The notes beneath the pieces are model-generated. The model was not told where the DNA came from. It made no database searches and saw only the letters and a program-made list of their open reading frames with translations. From Bacteroidales bacterium (GTDB lineage: Bacteria > Bacteroidota > Bacteroidia > Bacteroidales > FEN-979), in the NCBI GenBank assembly GCA_017882335.1, contig JADGPR010000001.1:27172-91171 (forward strand): 64,000 nucleotides of DNA. Direction: 5' to 3'. Shown piece after piece: positions 19,590-29,904 of the stretch (position 1 is the stretch's first letter; the number at the start of each line of letters is the position of its first letter). Position numbers and translations under genes: made by a program.

Positions 19590-19903
19590 TTTGGGTTGTT
19601 TTTTATGTTTTTCTGTTTATTGAATTAATTACGCCGTAAAATTACATCGGGAATTCATGCTGCGCAATTGCTGAAATCCGTAAAATGAAATAGCGGAAAC
19701 CCGCTATATGTTTCCACAAAAAAATTTCTACTCTATTGATTATTAATTACATAATGATTTGACTTGGCGTACAGGTTACACGCCATGAAAAGATTTTTTT
19801 CGACCGATTTTTTAAAAAGAGGAAGGAAGGTGTGCTTTTTTTGTTGAAAACTAACTGGGTTTTGTGAATAAAATGCAGGCAGCGGGGTGATGAAAAAAGG
19901 AGT

Positions 19904-20533
19904 TCAGATAACTCCCCTTTCAATGAGGATTTTTACAAGTTCTGCATTATTTCGGGCGTTGCACTTTTCCCGTATGTTTTTTATCGTTTTCTCAACGGTG
20001 GAGATACTGAGGGATTTTTTTTCGGCAATTTCCTGCTGTGTCAAGCCATTCGACAAAAAAACAACATATTCTTTCTGATTTGGCGTCAGGATGTATTTGG
20101 GGTCAGCAAACCCGGCCCGGAAGGTTTGTTCTCTTTCCGGTTCGATCATCCCGGTAAAAACCGTCATCCCCTGAAAAACCTTCTCAAGCGTCAGACGGAT
20201 CTCGTTTTTTTCTGCATTTTTTAAAAGATAGGCCATGGCACCTGCTTCAAACATTTTTCTCTGCCATAGGGTTGAATCTTCCGAAGTAAACATCACAATG
20301 GGTTTCCCTGGAAAATGTTCCCTGATTTTCTTTATATTTTGCAGTGGCTGGTATCCAGGGATCCACAGATCCAAAAGAAAAACATCAAATAATGACGGAT
20401 CGGCTGTCGCAATAGCTTTATCGACATTGTTGGTGCTACCGATTATTTCGATGCCGTCCCGGGAAGGCCGGAAGGTGTTCCGTAATCCTGTAATGATAAC
20501 CGGATGGTCTTCGATGGTAAACAACCTGATCAT
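19904..20533 (-). CDS. NarL/LuxR family response regulator
   Basis: REC domain (FLLDLWIPG) plus a LuxR-type HTH (LTQQEIAEKKSLSISTVEKTIKNIREK). Confidence 0.9.
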   Translation of the reverse strand: MIRLFTIEDHPVIITGLRNTFRPSRDGIEIIGSTNNVDKAIATADPSLFDVFLLDLWIPGYQPLQNIKKIREHFPGKPIVMFTSEDSTLWQRKMFEAGAMAYLLKNAEKNEIRLTLEKVFQGMTVFTGMIEPEREQTFRAGFADPKYILTPNQKEYVVFLSNGLTQQEIAEKKSLSISTVEKTIKNIREKCNARNNAELVKILIERGVI

Positions 20534-20555
20534 GAATCGCTGATATTTAAACCAT

Positions 20556-22457
20556 TTATGTTTTGCCCTGAACCAATGGAAATTTTATTTCCCAGGAAGT
20601 CCCATCCCCGGGAGACGTCGTTACTTTCGCAGAACCGTTCAACAATTTAGCCCGCTCAAAGATATTCATTAACCCCATTCCTTTCTTCTCTATCAGGTTT
20701 GAATCAAACCCGGGACCATTGTCATTATAGTTAAGGATCAAGTCCGTTGCATTTTTAAGAAAAACGATGCTTACAAAACTGTCCCTGGCATATTTCCCTG
20801 CATTTGTAAGCAATTCCTGAACAATCCGGTATGCATGAAGACCCACTTCTTCATTAAGTACAAGAGGTTCTTCCGGCATTTCAAGCTGGATCTGTAACCC
20901 AACAGCCTTTTTGATATCTTCACATTGCCCGGTGATCAGTTCCTCAAACGTAAAAGTATCCAGCATGGCTTTGTTCATCCTGTGCGAGATAAGGCGTATG
21001 CTTTTCCCCAGATCTTTGATCTTGCTCTTGATCTCCTCCTTAATATTGGTATTGGGTAAATCCAGGTTTTCTATCTCCCCGGTGATACCCAGCACCAGTT
21101 GCCCGGTGATATCATGCAGTTCCCTCGCTATTTTTGCCTTTTCATTTTCTTCCATTTCTATGATCCGCTTTGCCGACTGGATTTGCTGCACCTGGAGTTT
21201 TACCCTGTTTCGTTGCTGCAACCAAAGAATAATGAAAATAAACCCGATGATCATGAAAATGGTGATCGTCAAACCTAACCGGGTCTTCTGCAGCCGGTTT
21301 TGCTGCATAAGGATTTCTTTTTGATTGTTCTGAATGGTCAACTCTTTGCTTTTCAAATCCAGCAATACGCTCAGCAACCTGATCTGTTCAGAGGCCTGGG
21401 CCTTATCCGCCGATTTCAGTTTTTCCATCGCCGTTTTCTGCCATTTTGCGGCTGCTTTAAAGTCCCCCTTACGTATAAGTACCTCCGCATAAGAGTCATA
21501 TAAAGTAGCCATCCAGTCATCGTTTTTCTCTCTCTGGGCTAATGGGATGGCATGGTCGACCAAACATTCTTCCGCTTCTTTGATATTCCCCTTTTCAAGA
21601 TAGCTGTATACCATGTTATTGTATGCCAGCACTTCAACTTCCGGCAAGTTGGTGTTCCGGGTTAGTTTTAAAGCTTCCCCGAAATAGAAGAGGGCACTGT
21701 CTGGGTTTGTTGAGCGATATCCCATATTGGTATAGATCCTTGCCATCCCTTCTTCATTGCCTTTGCTTTTTTTCAGGATCCGGATGGCTTCTTTATTTAG
21801 TTTAAATGCCTTGACCGGGTCCTCTGCAAACCGGGCAAGATTTCCCAGCGAAATGCCGATCTGTTTGGTAATTGAATACCTGCGCGCAATTTTATTTGCC
21901 GAATCATACATTATTAGCGCACCATCCCTGTTTTTAATGTCGATATTGATATTCCCAAGGGCATTGAATGCCCGCGACATGGTGATATAATCTTTCTGTG
22001 GTCCGGCAAGTTTAATACATGAATCCATTCTTTCCATCGCTGTTTTAAAATTTTTTGCCACATAATAGATCATTGCACAATTGTAGAGAAGAAATGGTTT
22101 CGGGGCATCAATTCTGGCGCTGTCTGCAAGGGTCAATGCTTTGCTGAAATAAACGAAACTTGAATCTTTATCCCTCTTATAAAAGGCCTGTCCCATTAAC
22201 GAATAACCCTGAATAAGATCTTCGGCTGTTCTCAGCTTGCGTGCATAGCTTAATGCTTTTTGTGCATATTTTAAGGAAAGTGCCGGATTAACTATCATCG
22301 TAGCCTGTACCAGCGAATCCAGCTTTTTTATGGAATCCTTAAGAAAAGTCAGTTTGGAGGGATCAATAGGAGAAGGATGTGAGAAAGAGTTTAACGGGGA
22401 TAATTCCAAAAGACATCCCAGCAACAACCCGAGAATAATTGAATTTATGTATTTCAT
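20556..22457 (-). CDS. TPR-repeat sensor histidine kinase (HisKA_3/NarX-type)
   Basis: Signal peptide, a long TPR-like region and one TM helix (LGLTITIFMIIGFIFIILWL). The H-box is ARELHDITGQ, followed by an HATPase domain. Confidence 0.85.
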   Translation of the reverse strand: MKYINSIILGLLLGCLLELSPLNSFSHPSPIDPSKLTFLKDSIKKLDSLVQATMIVNPALSLKYAQKALSYARKLRTAEDLIQGYSLMGQAFYKRDKDSSFVYFSKALTLADSARIDAPKPFLLYNCAMIYYVAKNFKTAMERMDSCIKLAGPQKDYITMSRAFNALGNINIDIKNRDGALIMYDSANKIARRYSITKQIGISLGNLARFAEDPVKAFKLNKEAIRILKKSKGNEEGMARIYTNMGYRSTNPDSALFYFGEALKLTRNTNLPEVEVLAYNNMVYSYLEKGNIKEAEECLVDHAIPLAQREKNDDWMATLYDSYAEVLIRKGDFKAAAKWQKTAMEKLKSADKAQASEQIRLLSVLLDLKSKELTIQNNQKEILMQQNRLQKTRLGLTITIFMIIGFIFIILWLQQRNRVKLQVQQIQSAKRIIEMEENEKAKIARELHDITGQLVLGITGEIENLDLPNTNIKEEIKSKIKDLGKSIRLISHRMNKAMLDTFTFEELITGQCEDIKKAVGLQIQLEMPEEPLVLNEEVGLHAYRIVQELLTNAGKYARDSFVSIVFLKNATDLILNYNDNGPGFDSNLIEKKGMGLMNIFERAKLLNGSAKVTTSPGDGTSWEIKFPLVQGKT

Positions 22458-22573
22458 TTGATTGTTTCCTGCCGCTCAGCTAACAAAGATACAAAAACAA
22501 AAAGTACAATCCATTATATTTCAAATTATTCCTTTCCTGGATTTTCATTTTTTGATTCGGGATTACTGCAGGG

Positions 22574-24307
22574 TTATTCTTGCTGTGAGTAAAATACAGG
22601 CAACGCCCCAAGCAATGATTTTGTATATTCCTTTTCCGGAAATGAATAAATTTTATCCGCATCTCCTATTTCTTCAATTTTTCCGTTTCGCATTACAATG
22701 AGCCTGTCTGACATGAAACGAACCACTGATAGATCGTGCGAAATGAAAACGTAAGTGAAGCCGAATTCGTTTTTCAGTTTGTTAAGAAGGTTGAGGATCT
22801 GCGCCTGGATGGAAACATCCAGCGATGAAACCGATTCGTCACAGATGATTAGTCTGGGTTGAACGGCCAGTGTTCTTGCAATGCACACCCGCTGCCTCTG
22901 CCCGCCTGAAAATTCATGGGGATACCGGCTAAAATGCACGCGGTCAAGGCCTACCATTTCGAGTAATTCGATGGCCCTTCGTTTTCTCTCTTCTCCACCA
23001 CGATATTGAGCCTGCATCAGCATCGGCTCCATAATGGCTGCCCCCGCCGTCAACCTGGGATTGAGTGATGAGTAGGGATCCTGGAAAATGATTTGAAGAT
23101 CTTTTCGAACCGACCTTAATTTTTTTTGTGACAGCTCCTGGATCTCGAGTCCATCAAAAATAATTTTTCCCGACCGTGCCCTGATCAACTGAAGAATGCT
23201 TCTTCCCAATGTGGTTTTTCCGCTTCCCGACTCCCCAACAATGCCCAGGGTTTCCCCGGGAAATACTTCAAAAGACACGCAATTAACTGCTTTTACAAAT
23301 GCATCGGCTTTCCCGAAAAAAGAAAAGTGGGATGGAAATTCTGTTTCCAGGTCTTTTACCTGCAATATCGGGGGGCGCGAATAGATCATAGTTTGCCGTT
23401 TCTTTCGTTCCTCCGCGGTTTCTATCTCTGGTACCTGCATTGGTCTGAACCCGGGTTTTAAAAACTCCGAGATGGTTGGAAGAATTTTTAACCGCTTGTT
23501 TGCAGGTGGGCGGCACTTTAATAAACCTGCAGTATAGGGATGTGAAGGCGATCGGAACAGCTTATCCGTTTTGCCCTCTTCCACTATCTTTCCTTGATAC
23601 ATAACCAAAATCCTGTCCGCAAAATTCGAAACCAAGGCCAGGTCGTGGGTGATGAATAAAATACTCATGCCATGCTTTCCCTGTAGCTCCTTCATCAGCT
23701 CCAGTATGGTTTTCTGAACCGTAACATCCAGTGCTGTAGTAGGCTCGTCGGCAATGAGCAGGTTGGGATTGCACGACATTGCCATGGCGATCATTACCCG
23801 CTGTTTTTGTCCGCCGGAAAGCTGGTGCGGGTAAGACTCGAATATAGCCTCGGGTCGTGGAAGTCTTACTTCGCCAAACCAGTCCAGCGCCCTCAACCTG
23901 GCTTCTTTCTTATTGATCTTCAGATGCCATCGCATAGCTTCTATAACCTGGAACCCGCAGGATAGGACGGGATTTAATGAAGTCATCGGTTCCTGGAAAA
24001 TCATTCCAACCTCTTTCCCCCTGAAAAGCTGCATCTGTTTTTCGGGAAGCAGCAATAGGGAAGACACCGATCCATGGGTATCCCTGAAAAAAATATTCCC
24101 CTTTTTTATCTCTCCTTCGGGATATGGGATCAGCCGGAGAATCGAAAGCGCAGTGACCGATTTCCCGGATCCCGATTCCCCGACAATTCCAAGGGTCTCG
24201 CCGCGTTCAAGCGAAAAACTGACATCCTCAATAGCCGTTGTTATCTCATTTTCGTGATGAAAAACAACTGTAAGGTCATTTATTTCTAAAATATTTTGTT
24301 GATCCAT
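22574..24307 (-). CDS. ABC transporter ATP-binding protein with duplicated ATPase domains (oligopeptide/DppD-DppF-like)
   Basis: Two Walker A motifs ([16 protein letters not shown]) and two signature motifs ([16 protein letters not shown]). The likely start is MDQQNILEI at 24307 rather than 24349. Confidence 0.85.
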   Translation of the reverse strand: MDQQNILEINDLTVVFHHENEITTAIEDVSFSLERGETLGIVGESGSGKSVTALSILRLIPYPEGEIKKGNIFFRDTHGSVSSLLLLPEKQMQLFRGKEVGMIFQEPMTSLNPVLSCGFQVIEAMRWHLKINKKEARLRALDWFGEVRLPRPEAIFESYPHQLSGGQKQRVMIAMAMSCNPNLLIADEPTTALDVTVQKTILELMKELQGKHGMSILFITHDLALVSNFADRILVMYQGKIVEEGKTDKLFRSPSHPYTAGLLKCRPPANKRLKILPTISEFLKPGFRPMQVPEIETAEERKKRQTMIYSRPPILQVKDLETEFPSHFSFFGKADAFVKAVNCVSFEVFPGETLGIVGESGSGKTTLGRSILQLIRARSGKIIFDGLEIQELSQKKLRSVRKDLQIIFQDPYSSLNPRLTAGAAIMEPMLMQAQYRGGEERKRRAIELLEMVGLDRVHFSRYPHEFSGGQRQRVCIARTLAVQPRLIICDESVSSLDVSIQAQILNLLNKLKNEFGFTYVFISHDLSVVRFMSDRLIVMRNGKIEEIGDADKIYSFPEKEYTKSLLGALPVFYSQQE

Positions 24308-24439
24308 TTCCCTGGAAATAGAACTCCTGCATCTGTTTTCCTGCAGCAACGTGCCGCAAGGCTATCAAAAAAATAATGGGTTATCATTCTGGTATTACTT
24401 TTTCAAAATTAACCGATAAAGCAATATAAAAGATACGAT

Positions 24440-25129
24440 ATGATATTAATTGATGATTTTATTTCTCTGCTCTTTCCCAGAATATGTGCAGCCTGCGGGA
24501 ACAGCCTCTGGAAACAGGAAGAAACGGTTTGCCTTTCCTGTGAATTTCATCTTCCCCGGACAAACTTTCATCTTTCCCTTGAAAATCCCGTTAGCCGGTT
24601 GTTCTGGGGAAGGACGAACCTGGAAAGTGCGTCTGCCTACGTCTATTTTAATAAAGGGAACAGAGTTCAACGGCTAATCCACCAATTGAAATACAAAGGG
24701 CGCAAGGATATCGGGATTTATCTGGGCCGGCAATATGGCCAATACCTGAGGTATTCTCCTTTTTTCCATACGGCTCAATTAATCGTGCCCGTGCCGCTTC
24801 ACACCAAAAAACTTATGCAAAGAGGATATAACCAGAGCGAACAATTTGCAATCGGATTGGGAGAATCCATGAAGATTCCGGTAGATTCGGATGCCATCTG
24901 CCGCAGAAAAGAAACAGAAACCCAGACCAAAAAATCACGGTTTCGGCGCTGGCAGAATGTGGCAGAAGTTTTTGAAGTAAAAGATCCTGGGTCGCTGGAA
25001 ATGAAACATGTTCTTCTTGTTGATGATGTGATCACTACAGGTGCGACCATTGAATCCTGTATCCGGGCACTTTCCCCGATCCACGGGATCCGTATAAGCG
25101 TGGCAACAATTGCAGTGGCTCCTGCTTAA
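24440..25129 (+). CDS. ComF family phosphoribosyltransferase-domain protein
   Basis: N-terminal zinc-finger Cys pairs (CAACG...CLSC) and a PRT motif (VLLVDDVITTGATIE). Confidence 0.8.
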   Translation: MILIDDFISLLFPRICAACGNSLWKQEETVCLSCEFHLPRTNFHLSLENPVSRLFWGRTNLESASAYVYFNKGNRVQRLIHQLKYKGRKDIGIYLGRQYGQYLRYSPFFHTAQLIVPVPLHTKKLMQRGYNQSEQFAIGLGESMKIPVDSDAICRRKETETQTKKSRFRRWQNVAEVFEVKDPGSLEMKHVLLVDDVITTGATIESCIRALSPIHGIRISVATIAVAPA

Positions 25130-27717
25130 CGTTTCCCGCCAAGGACACAGGTCTTCTTTAATTGCCTGGTTTTTCCTTCCGGCTTTAACAATTCAATATA
25201 AAAAATGTAAATCCCGATGGGCGATTTCTGGTTCTTGTCATCCCGGCCATCCCAGATAATTCCATCTTCTGTTGAGAGCAACCTGTTCTTTGTAAGACAA
25301 CGGATCCTGTTGCCCCCGGCATCAAAAATGGTGATATTGACCAGGTAACCCGGATCGTCCAGGTTAAACCCTACCATTAAAACATCGTCCTTACCGTCAT
25401 CATCCGGTGTAAAAACGAATGGCAAGAGGCTCACCACATCCACCCCTGGATCCATCCGTAAAAACTCGGAATTCCGGTACCCGGGCGTGGCAAACCCGCA
25501 ATTTTCTGACGCGGAATGCCAGTTGGCAAAATCCCCCGAAGGAAGCGAAGGATTTAACCGTTCCAGTGAAACGCCGTCGGTTGTGGTCAGTAAATCAGAG
25601 TACATCACTGAGGAATAGTAAACACGGTCAATGAGGGTTCCGTCATTTTCCCGGGCTAAAACAACAGTTCCCTTATCTCTGTCAATGGAAGGCAGTGCTG
25701 TCATCTGGACAAAGGCATCCGGATTGGGACAATTATATCTTTTCAGGATATCACTAGGTTCGTTTGTCAATATGGAAAAATCACCGGGGAAAGAGAAAAA
25801 GCCGCTTTCCGATATAGGTTTTAAATCGGTTACCAGGACCTGTATGCTATCAAACAAACCCAATGCAAGTTCCTGCAAGTTTAGTGTCTTATCGGAACGA
25901 TTGAAGATTTCAATGAATTTTTCACCATCTGTTGCTGGGTTTGCAAGGATCTCATTGATAACAAGGTCGCCTGGGGAAATAGAATCTGGAAGCCCGATTC
26001 TGACATGCCGGACAGTATCCAGCAGGTTTCCCACACAATCGGATGGCGGGTTCTTACAGGATAGTGAATAAATATGTTTTTTTTTCAATGTTTTAGGAAG
26101 GTCTAAATAAGCGGAACTATACGCAGGTGGAACCGCAGAGATTCCGATGGGGGTATATCCATTTTCGTCAAGCTGCCATTGGCTCGCATCGTTGAGACTC
26201 AGGCTGTCCATTGATTCAGAAAATACGATTTCAACGGTGGTATCGGAAATGATCCGTGCCCGTTTCAGGTAAGGCGGAAAATTGTCCGGATTAGACGCCT
26301 TAACAGAATTGATCGCCCCGGGGGTTCCTCCTTTTGAATCAACCGAGGCCTTCCAGTTATCCAAGCACCCGCAAGGATTCTCCGTATCAATCATTTCGAG
26401 CGACCAGCCCCCGTTTTCTTTCAACGGATTTTGGTACAAACCGGTAGAATAGGTCACCGAATGGATCACTTTCCCGGAATTATTCTTCAGAACCAGCGTG
26501 GAACCTTCATTTGAGAGTGTTGAATAGGATGTAAAGAGGTCAACACCCGGTCCATAAAAATTCATCATTATTCCTTTCGTCAGGATCAGGTATCCATGAG
26601 GAGAAATGCTGACCCCGGGAAAGGTTTTTGCAGAAGAACCATATTCAAAGGTCCATCCACCCAGGTTAACAGGAAACCGGGTGCGGTTATAAAGTTCTAC
26701 ATATTCACTTTCCGGCAAACCGTTCACCGGTTCAGGATCAGCCATGATCTCATCCATGATAACATCCCGCGCTTTTACCTGGTAATTGGAAAAGGGAACC
26801 GCCGTTTCCTGCATTACATTCCCCGCCAGATCCAAAATGCCATAGATTATGAGGGTATCAGAAACTCCATCCGGGAAAGGTTGCTGAAAAGTCAACACGA
26901 CTTTTTCTCCATTCACAGGATCGGGCATTGCCAGAAGCGGGTTCCCATTCATCTTGGAATAATAATGATGAATGTCCTGGGCCGAGGTGACGATGACACT
27001 TTCCGAAAACGAAACCACCAGTGTGGTGCTATCTTTTAATGTCAGGGAATCTACAGTAGGAGGAAGGGTGTCAACCCGGATAGAACCCACATAAAAATCG
27101 TCGAAGTAGAATTTGGTCGAATTGCTTGTTGTATAATGGCAATAAATCCCAAACCACGAGGAGGAAGGAGTGCCCGAATCCACACAATGGCCCTCTTCCA
27201 GGTAATTCGTACCGCCGGTGTTATCCGCATAGAGCGTCCATGTCCCGGTGGAATCATGGATCATTTTAAACCGGAAGACATTGGTCGAATGATTTGTGCA
27301 GGAAAAATTACCCTGGAAAAGTTTTTCCACCTGGGTTCCGGTTTGCCTGATGAAGGAAATACTGTCGGTGCTTCCTCCAACTTGAAGAAAGTAACCATTT
27401 ACAGGGCCTTCCAGATTTATATTGTCTGAAACCAGGTACACCCTTGAATAATTATTTGCCGAGGTATTGAATGACAGTTTCACCCAAAAGCTCCATTCGG
27501 TTCTTTCAACCCGGGAGTTGGCCGTAACCAGCACTGAGGTGTCAGCACCAGAAGCGGAAAGATGAAGTTGTCCGGCTGCATTTACTTCAAATTTCCCGGT
27601 GTCGCCTTCCCACTGGGGATTCTGTGTAAAATTGCCATCGGTAAAATCATCGCTGAACTGGGCTTCTGAATTAAATGCCAGGCTAAACAGTACCAGGATA
27701 AAAAAATGTTTTTGCAT
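25126..27717 (-). CDS. Large secreted protein with two lamin-tail (LTD) domains and a T9SS type-B-like C-terminal domain
   Basis: Signal peptide MQKHFFILVLFSLAFNSEAQ. LTD-like blocks are MDEIMADPEP...EYVELYNRT and INEILANPATDGEKFIEIFNRS. The C-terminus FTPDDDGKDDVL...IYIFYIEL resembles gliding-associated CTDs. Confidence 0.65.
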   Translation of the reverse strand: MQKHFFILVLFSLAFNSEAQFSDDFTDGNFTQNPQWEGDTGKFEVNAAGQLHLSASGADTSVLVTANSRVERTEWSFWVKLSFNTSANNYSRVYLVSDNINLEGPVNGYFLQVGGSTDSISFIRQTGTQVEKLFQGNFSCTNHSTNVFRFKMIHDSTGTWTLYADNTGGTNYLEEGHCVDSGTPSSSWFGIYCHYTTSNSTKFYFDDFYVGSIRVDTLPPTVDSLTLKDSTTLVVSFSESVIVTSAQDIHHYYSKMNGNPLLAMPDPVNGEKVVLTFQQPFPDGVSDTLIIYGILDLAGNVMQETAVPFSNYQVKARDVIMDEIMADPEPVNGLPESEYVELYNRTRFPVNLGGWTFEYGSSAKTFPGVSISPHGYLILTKGIMMNFYGPGVDLFTSYSTLSNEGSTLVLKNNSGKVIHSVTYSTGLYQNPLKENGGWSLEMIDTENPCGCLDNWKASVDSKGGTPGAINSVKASNPDNFPPYLKRARIISDTTVEIVFSESMDSLSLNDASQWQLDENGYTPIGISAVPPAYSSAYLDLPKTLKKKHIYSLSCKNPPSDCVGNLLDTVRHVRIGLPDSISPGDLVINEILANPATDGEKFIEIFNRSDKTLNLQELALGLFDSIQVLVTDLKPISESGFFSFPGDFSILTNEPSDILKRYNCPNPDAFVQMTALPSIDRDKGTVVLARENDGTLIDRVYYSSVMYSDLLTTTDGVSLERLNPSLPSGDFANWHSASENCGFATPGYRNSEFLRMDPGVDVVSLLPFVFTPDDDGKDDVLMVGFNLDDPGYLVNITIFDAGGNRIRCLTKNRLLSTEDGIIWDGRDDKNQKSPIGIYIFYIELLKPEGKTRQLKKTCVLGGKR

Positions 27718-27821
27718 ATCGTTTTTACCCCTTAATCGGAGAATATCGAAAAGGTAATACATCAGATTCGGATTTCTTCAATTATCTTTGTTCCTAATAA
27801 AAATAAATTTCCCGGGAATTC

Positions 27822-28814
27822 ATGAAAATTGCAGTCGTTGGTGCTACCGGCCTGGTGGGCCGTGAAATGTTGAAAGTTATCGGGGAACGGGATTTAGGTT
27901 CTTTCCTGTTGCTTCCTGTTGCCTCTCCTAAATCGACAGGAAAAACGCTTTCTTTCAGAGATAAGGAGTATGTGGTATTGACACATGAACAGGCCATCGG
28001 AGAGAAGCCCCAGATTGCGATTTTTTCTGCTGGAGGATCTACTTCCCTGGAATGGGCGCCCCGGTATGTTGCCGCCGGGGCAACGGTGATTGATAATTCA
28101 TCAGCCTGGCGAATGAATGAGGAAGTTCCGCTTATTATTCCGGAGATCAACGGAAATATTCTCACGAATCAGGATAAGATCATTGCAAACCCCAATTGTT
28201 CCACCATCGGGATTATCGCCGCACTCGCGCCTTTGCATAGAAAATACCAGATCAAACGGCTCGTGATCTCCACGTACCAGTCGGTAACCGGAACCGGGAT
28301 CAAAGCGGTGAGGCAACTTGAAAACGAACGACAAGGCGTGGTGGGAGAAATGGCCTATCCTCACCCCATCGATCTTAACCTCTTTCCCCATGGAGGTTAT
28401 TTTCTTCCCAATGGATACACCTCCGAAGAAATAAAACTGGTAAACGAAACCCGGAAAATACTCGATGCTCCTTCTTTAAAGATCACCGGAACTGTAGTTC
28501 GCGTTCCAGTGATGGGCGGTCATTCTGCTTCCGTTAATGTTGAATTTGAAACGGAAGTTGATCCTGCCCAGGCAAGGATACTCCTTTCTCAAACAATAGG
28601 TGTGATCGTTCAAGATGATCCTGAAAAAAATGTATATCCAATGCCTTTGTATGCCCGTGGTAAAGATGAGGTATTCGTGGGAAGGATCAGGAAGGATGAA
28701 TCCCAGCCTAACACCCTGAACCTTTTTATTGTTACCGATAACCTCCGGAAAGGGGCTGCCACCAATGCCATCCAGATTGCTCAATACCTTTTAGCCCATG
28801 GCTTGTTAAGGTAG
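27822..28814 (+). CDS. asd: Aspartate-semialdehyde dehydrogenase
   Basis: Rossmann motif MKIAVVGATGLVG and active site IIANPNCSTI. The product is 330 aa. Confidence 0.9.
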   Translation: MKIAVVGATGLVGREMLKVIGERDLGSFLLLPVASPKSTGKTLSFRDKEYVVLTHEQAIGEKPQIAIFSAGGSTSLEWAPRYVAAGATVIDNSSAWRMNEEVPLIIPEINGNILTNQDKIIANPNCSTIGIIAALAPLHRKYQIKRLVISTYQSVTGTGIKAVRQLENERQGVVGEMAYPHPIDLNLFPHGGYFLPNGYTSEEIKLVNETRKILDAPSLKITGTVVRVPVMGGHSASVNVEFETEVDPAQARILLSQTIGVIVQDDPEKNVYPMPLYARGKDEVFVGRIRKDESQPNTLNLFIVTDNLRKGAATNAIQIAQYLLAHGLLR

Positions 28815-28893
28815 ATTTCATGAAATTCAAGAACCTCTTTATCTTTTTTTTGTTTGTACCAAAGGGGATTAATAATCTTTTTCTATATTGTAA

Positions 28894-28907
28894 TTGACAA
28901 ATATCAA
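28894..28907. promoter_or_regulatory. FNR-type box TTGAC-AAAT-ATCAA upstream of the Crp/Fnr gene
   Basis: Matches TTGAT-N4-ATCAA at 9 of 10 positions. It sits inside a 19-bp block (taattgacaaatatcaatt) that recurs identically at 29750-29768. Confidence 0.6.
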
Positions 28908-28959
28908 TTTGAATATTGAGAAACCTTCTTCTTTTTTCGGTTTTGATTCAATTTATTTT

Positions 28960-28967
28960 TATTTTTG
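28960..28967 (+). promoter_or_regulatory. Bacteroidota-type -7 element TATTTTTG upstream of the Crp/Fnr gene
   Basis: Matches TAnnTTTG and lies 38 nt before the ATG at 29005. Confidence 0.35.
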
Positions 28968-29004
28968 CATGTCTGTTTTCATGATAATTATTAATTAGTT
29001 CTGC

Positions 29005-29697
29005 ATGGCGAGATTTAAACAGTCTAATAATTGTGTTGATTGTAAATGTAAAAGTTCGATCTTTAAGGCGCTTTCCAGCACTGAGTTGGATCTGATAAAT
29101 AACAACCGTTATGAAGTCAGTTTCAGAGCCGGAGAGATGATGTTTAAGCAGGGAACTCCATCCCCGCATTTTCTCTGCCTGACCACGGGTCTTGCCAAGC
29201 TTTACATCGAAGGATACGGAAAAAATCTGATCCTTTCACTTGTGAAACCGGTAGAATATATTTTGGGACCCGGCATTTATGTCGACAACCGGCATCATTA
29301 TTCAGCATCAGCAGTTGAAGATTCCACTGCCTGCCTGGTTGATGTAACCTCCTTTAAACAGATAATGCGTAGTAATCCGGATTTTTCGGATGAGTTCATC
29401 CGCCGGATCAGTATTATGACTATATTTAATTTTGAACAGTTTATCAGCCTCACACAAAAACAGATGAATGGCCGGATTGCAGATGCCTTGTTTTACCTCT
29501 CCGACCAAATATATGAAAAAAACCCGTTTGAAATGACCATCTCACGCCAGGACCTGGCCGATCTTTCGGGCATGTCAAAAGAAAGCGCCATCAGGATTCT
29601 TAAAGAATTAAAAGACGAAGGTATCCTGAGTGTCAATGGTAATATTCTTCATATCCTGAATCCTCAACAGTTGAAGAAGATCAGTATAACCGGATGA
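29005..29697 (+). CDS. Crp/Fnr family transcriptional regulator with an N-terminal Cys cluster (FNR-like)
   Basis: cNMP-binding-like beta-roll plus a C-terminal HTH (ISRQDLADLSGMSKESAIRILKEL). The recognition helix keeps the E-x-x-x-R pattern of the FNR E-xx-SR helix. Cysteines are C10, C13 and C15 (NNCVDCKC), plus C58 and C110. Confidence 0.85.
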   Translation: MARFKQSNNCVDCKCKSSIFKALSSTELDLINNNRYEVSFRAGEMMFKQGTPSPHFLCLTTGLAKLYIEGYGKNLILSLVKPVEYILGPGIYVDNRHHYSASAVEDSTACLVDVTSFKQIMRSNPDFSDEFIRRISIMTIFNFEQFISLTQKQMNGRIADALFYLSDQIYEKNPFEMTISRQDLADLSGMSKESAIRILKELKDEGILSVNGNILHILNPQQLKKISITG

Positions 29698-29752
29698 TTC
29701 TTCATTTCCTGTCTTTTTTCTCCAAACTTCAATCGTTTTTTTCTGTTATTAA

Positions 29753-29808
29753 TTGACAAATATCAATTATCGGTTGATTTTTATCGTTAATTAATTAACA
29801 AATCTCAT
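29753..29808. promoter_or_regulatory. Three FNR-like boxes phased at 21 bp upstream of the cytochrome cluster
   Basis: TTGAC-AAAT-ATCAA at 29753-29766, TTGAT-TTTT-ATCGT at 29774-29787 and TTAAC-AAAT-CTCAT at 29795-29808. Only the first is near consensus. Confidence 0.5.
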
Positions 29809-29863
29809 TATACAAATATATATATCTCATTATTTGGATGGGTAGTCGTTTTTCTTTACTTGG

Positions 29864-29871
29864 TATATTTG
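29864..29871 (+). promoter_or_regulatory. Bacteroidota-type -7 element TATATTTG upstream of the first cytochrome gene
   Basis: Matches TAnnTTTG and lies about 88 nt before the ATG at 29959. Confidence 0.35.
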
Positions 29872-29904
29872 TTTCCAGTTTTATTCGCATAAACTATAAT
29901 CCAT

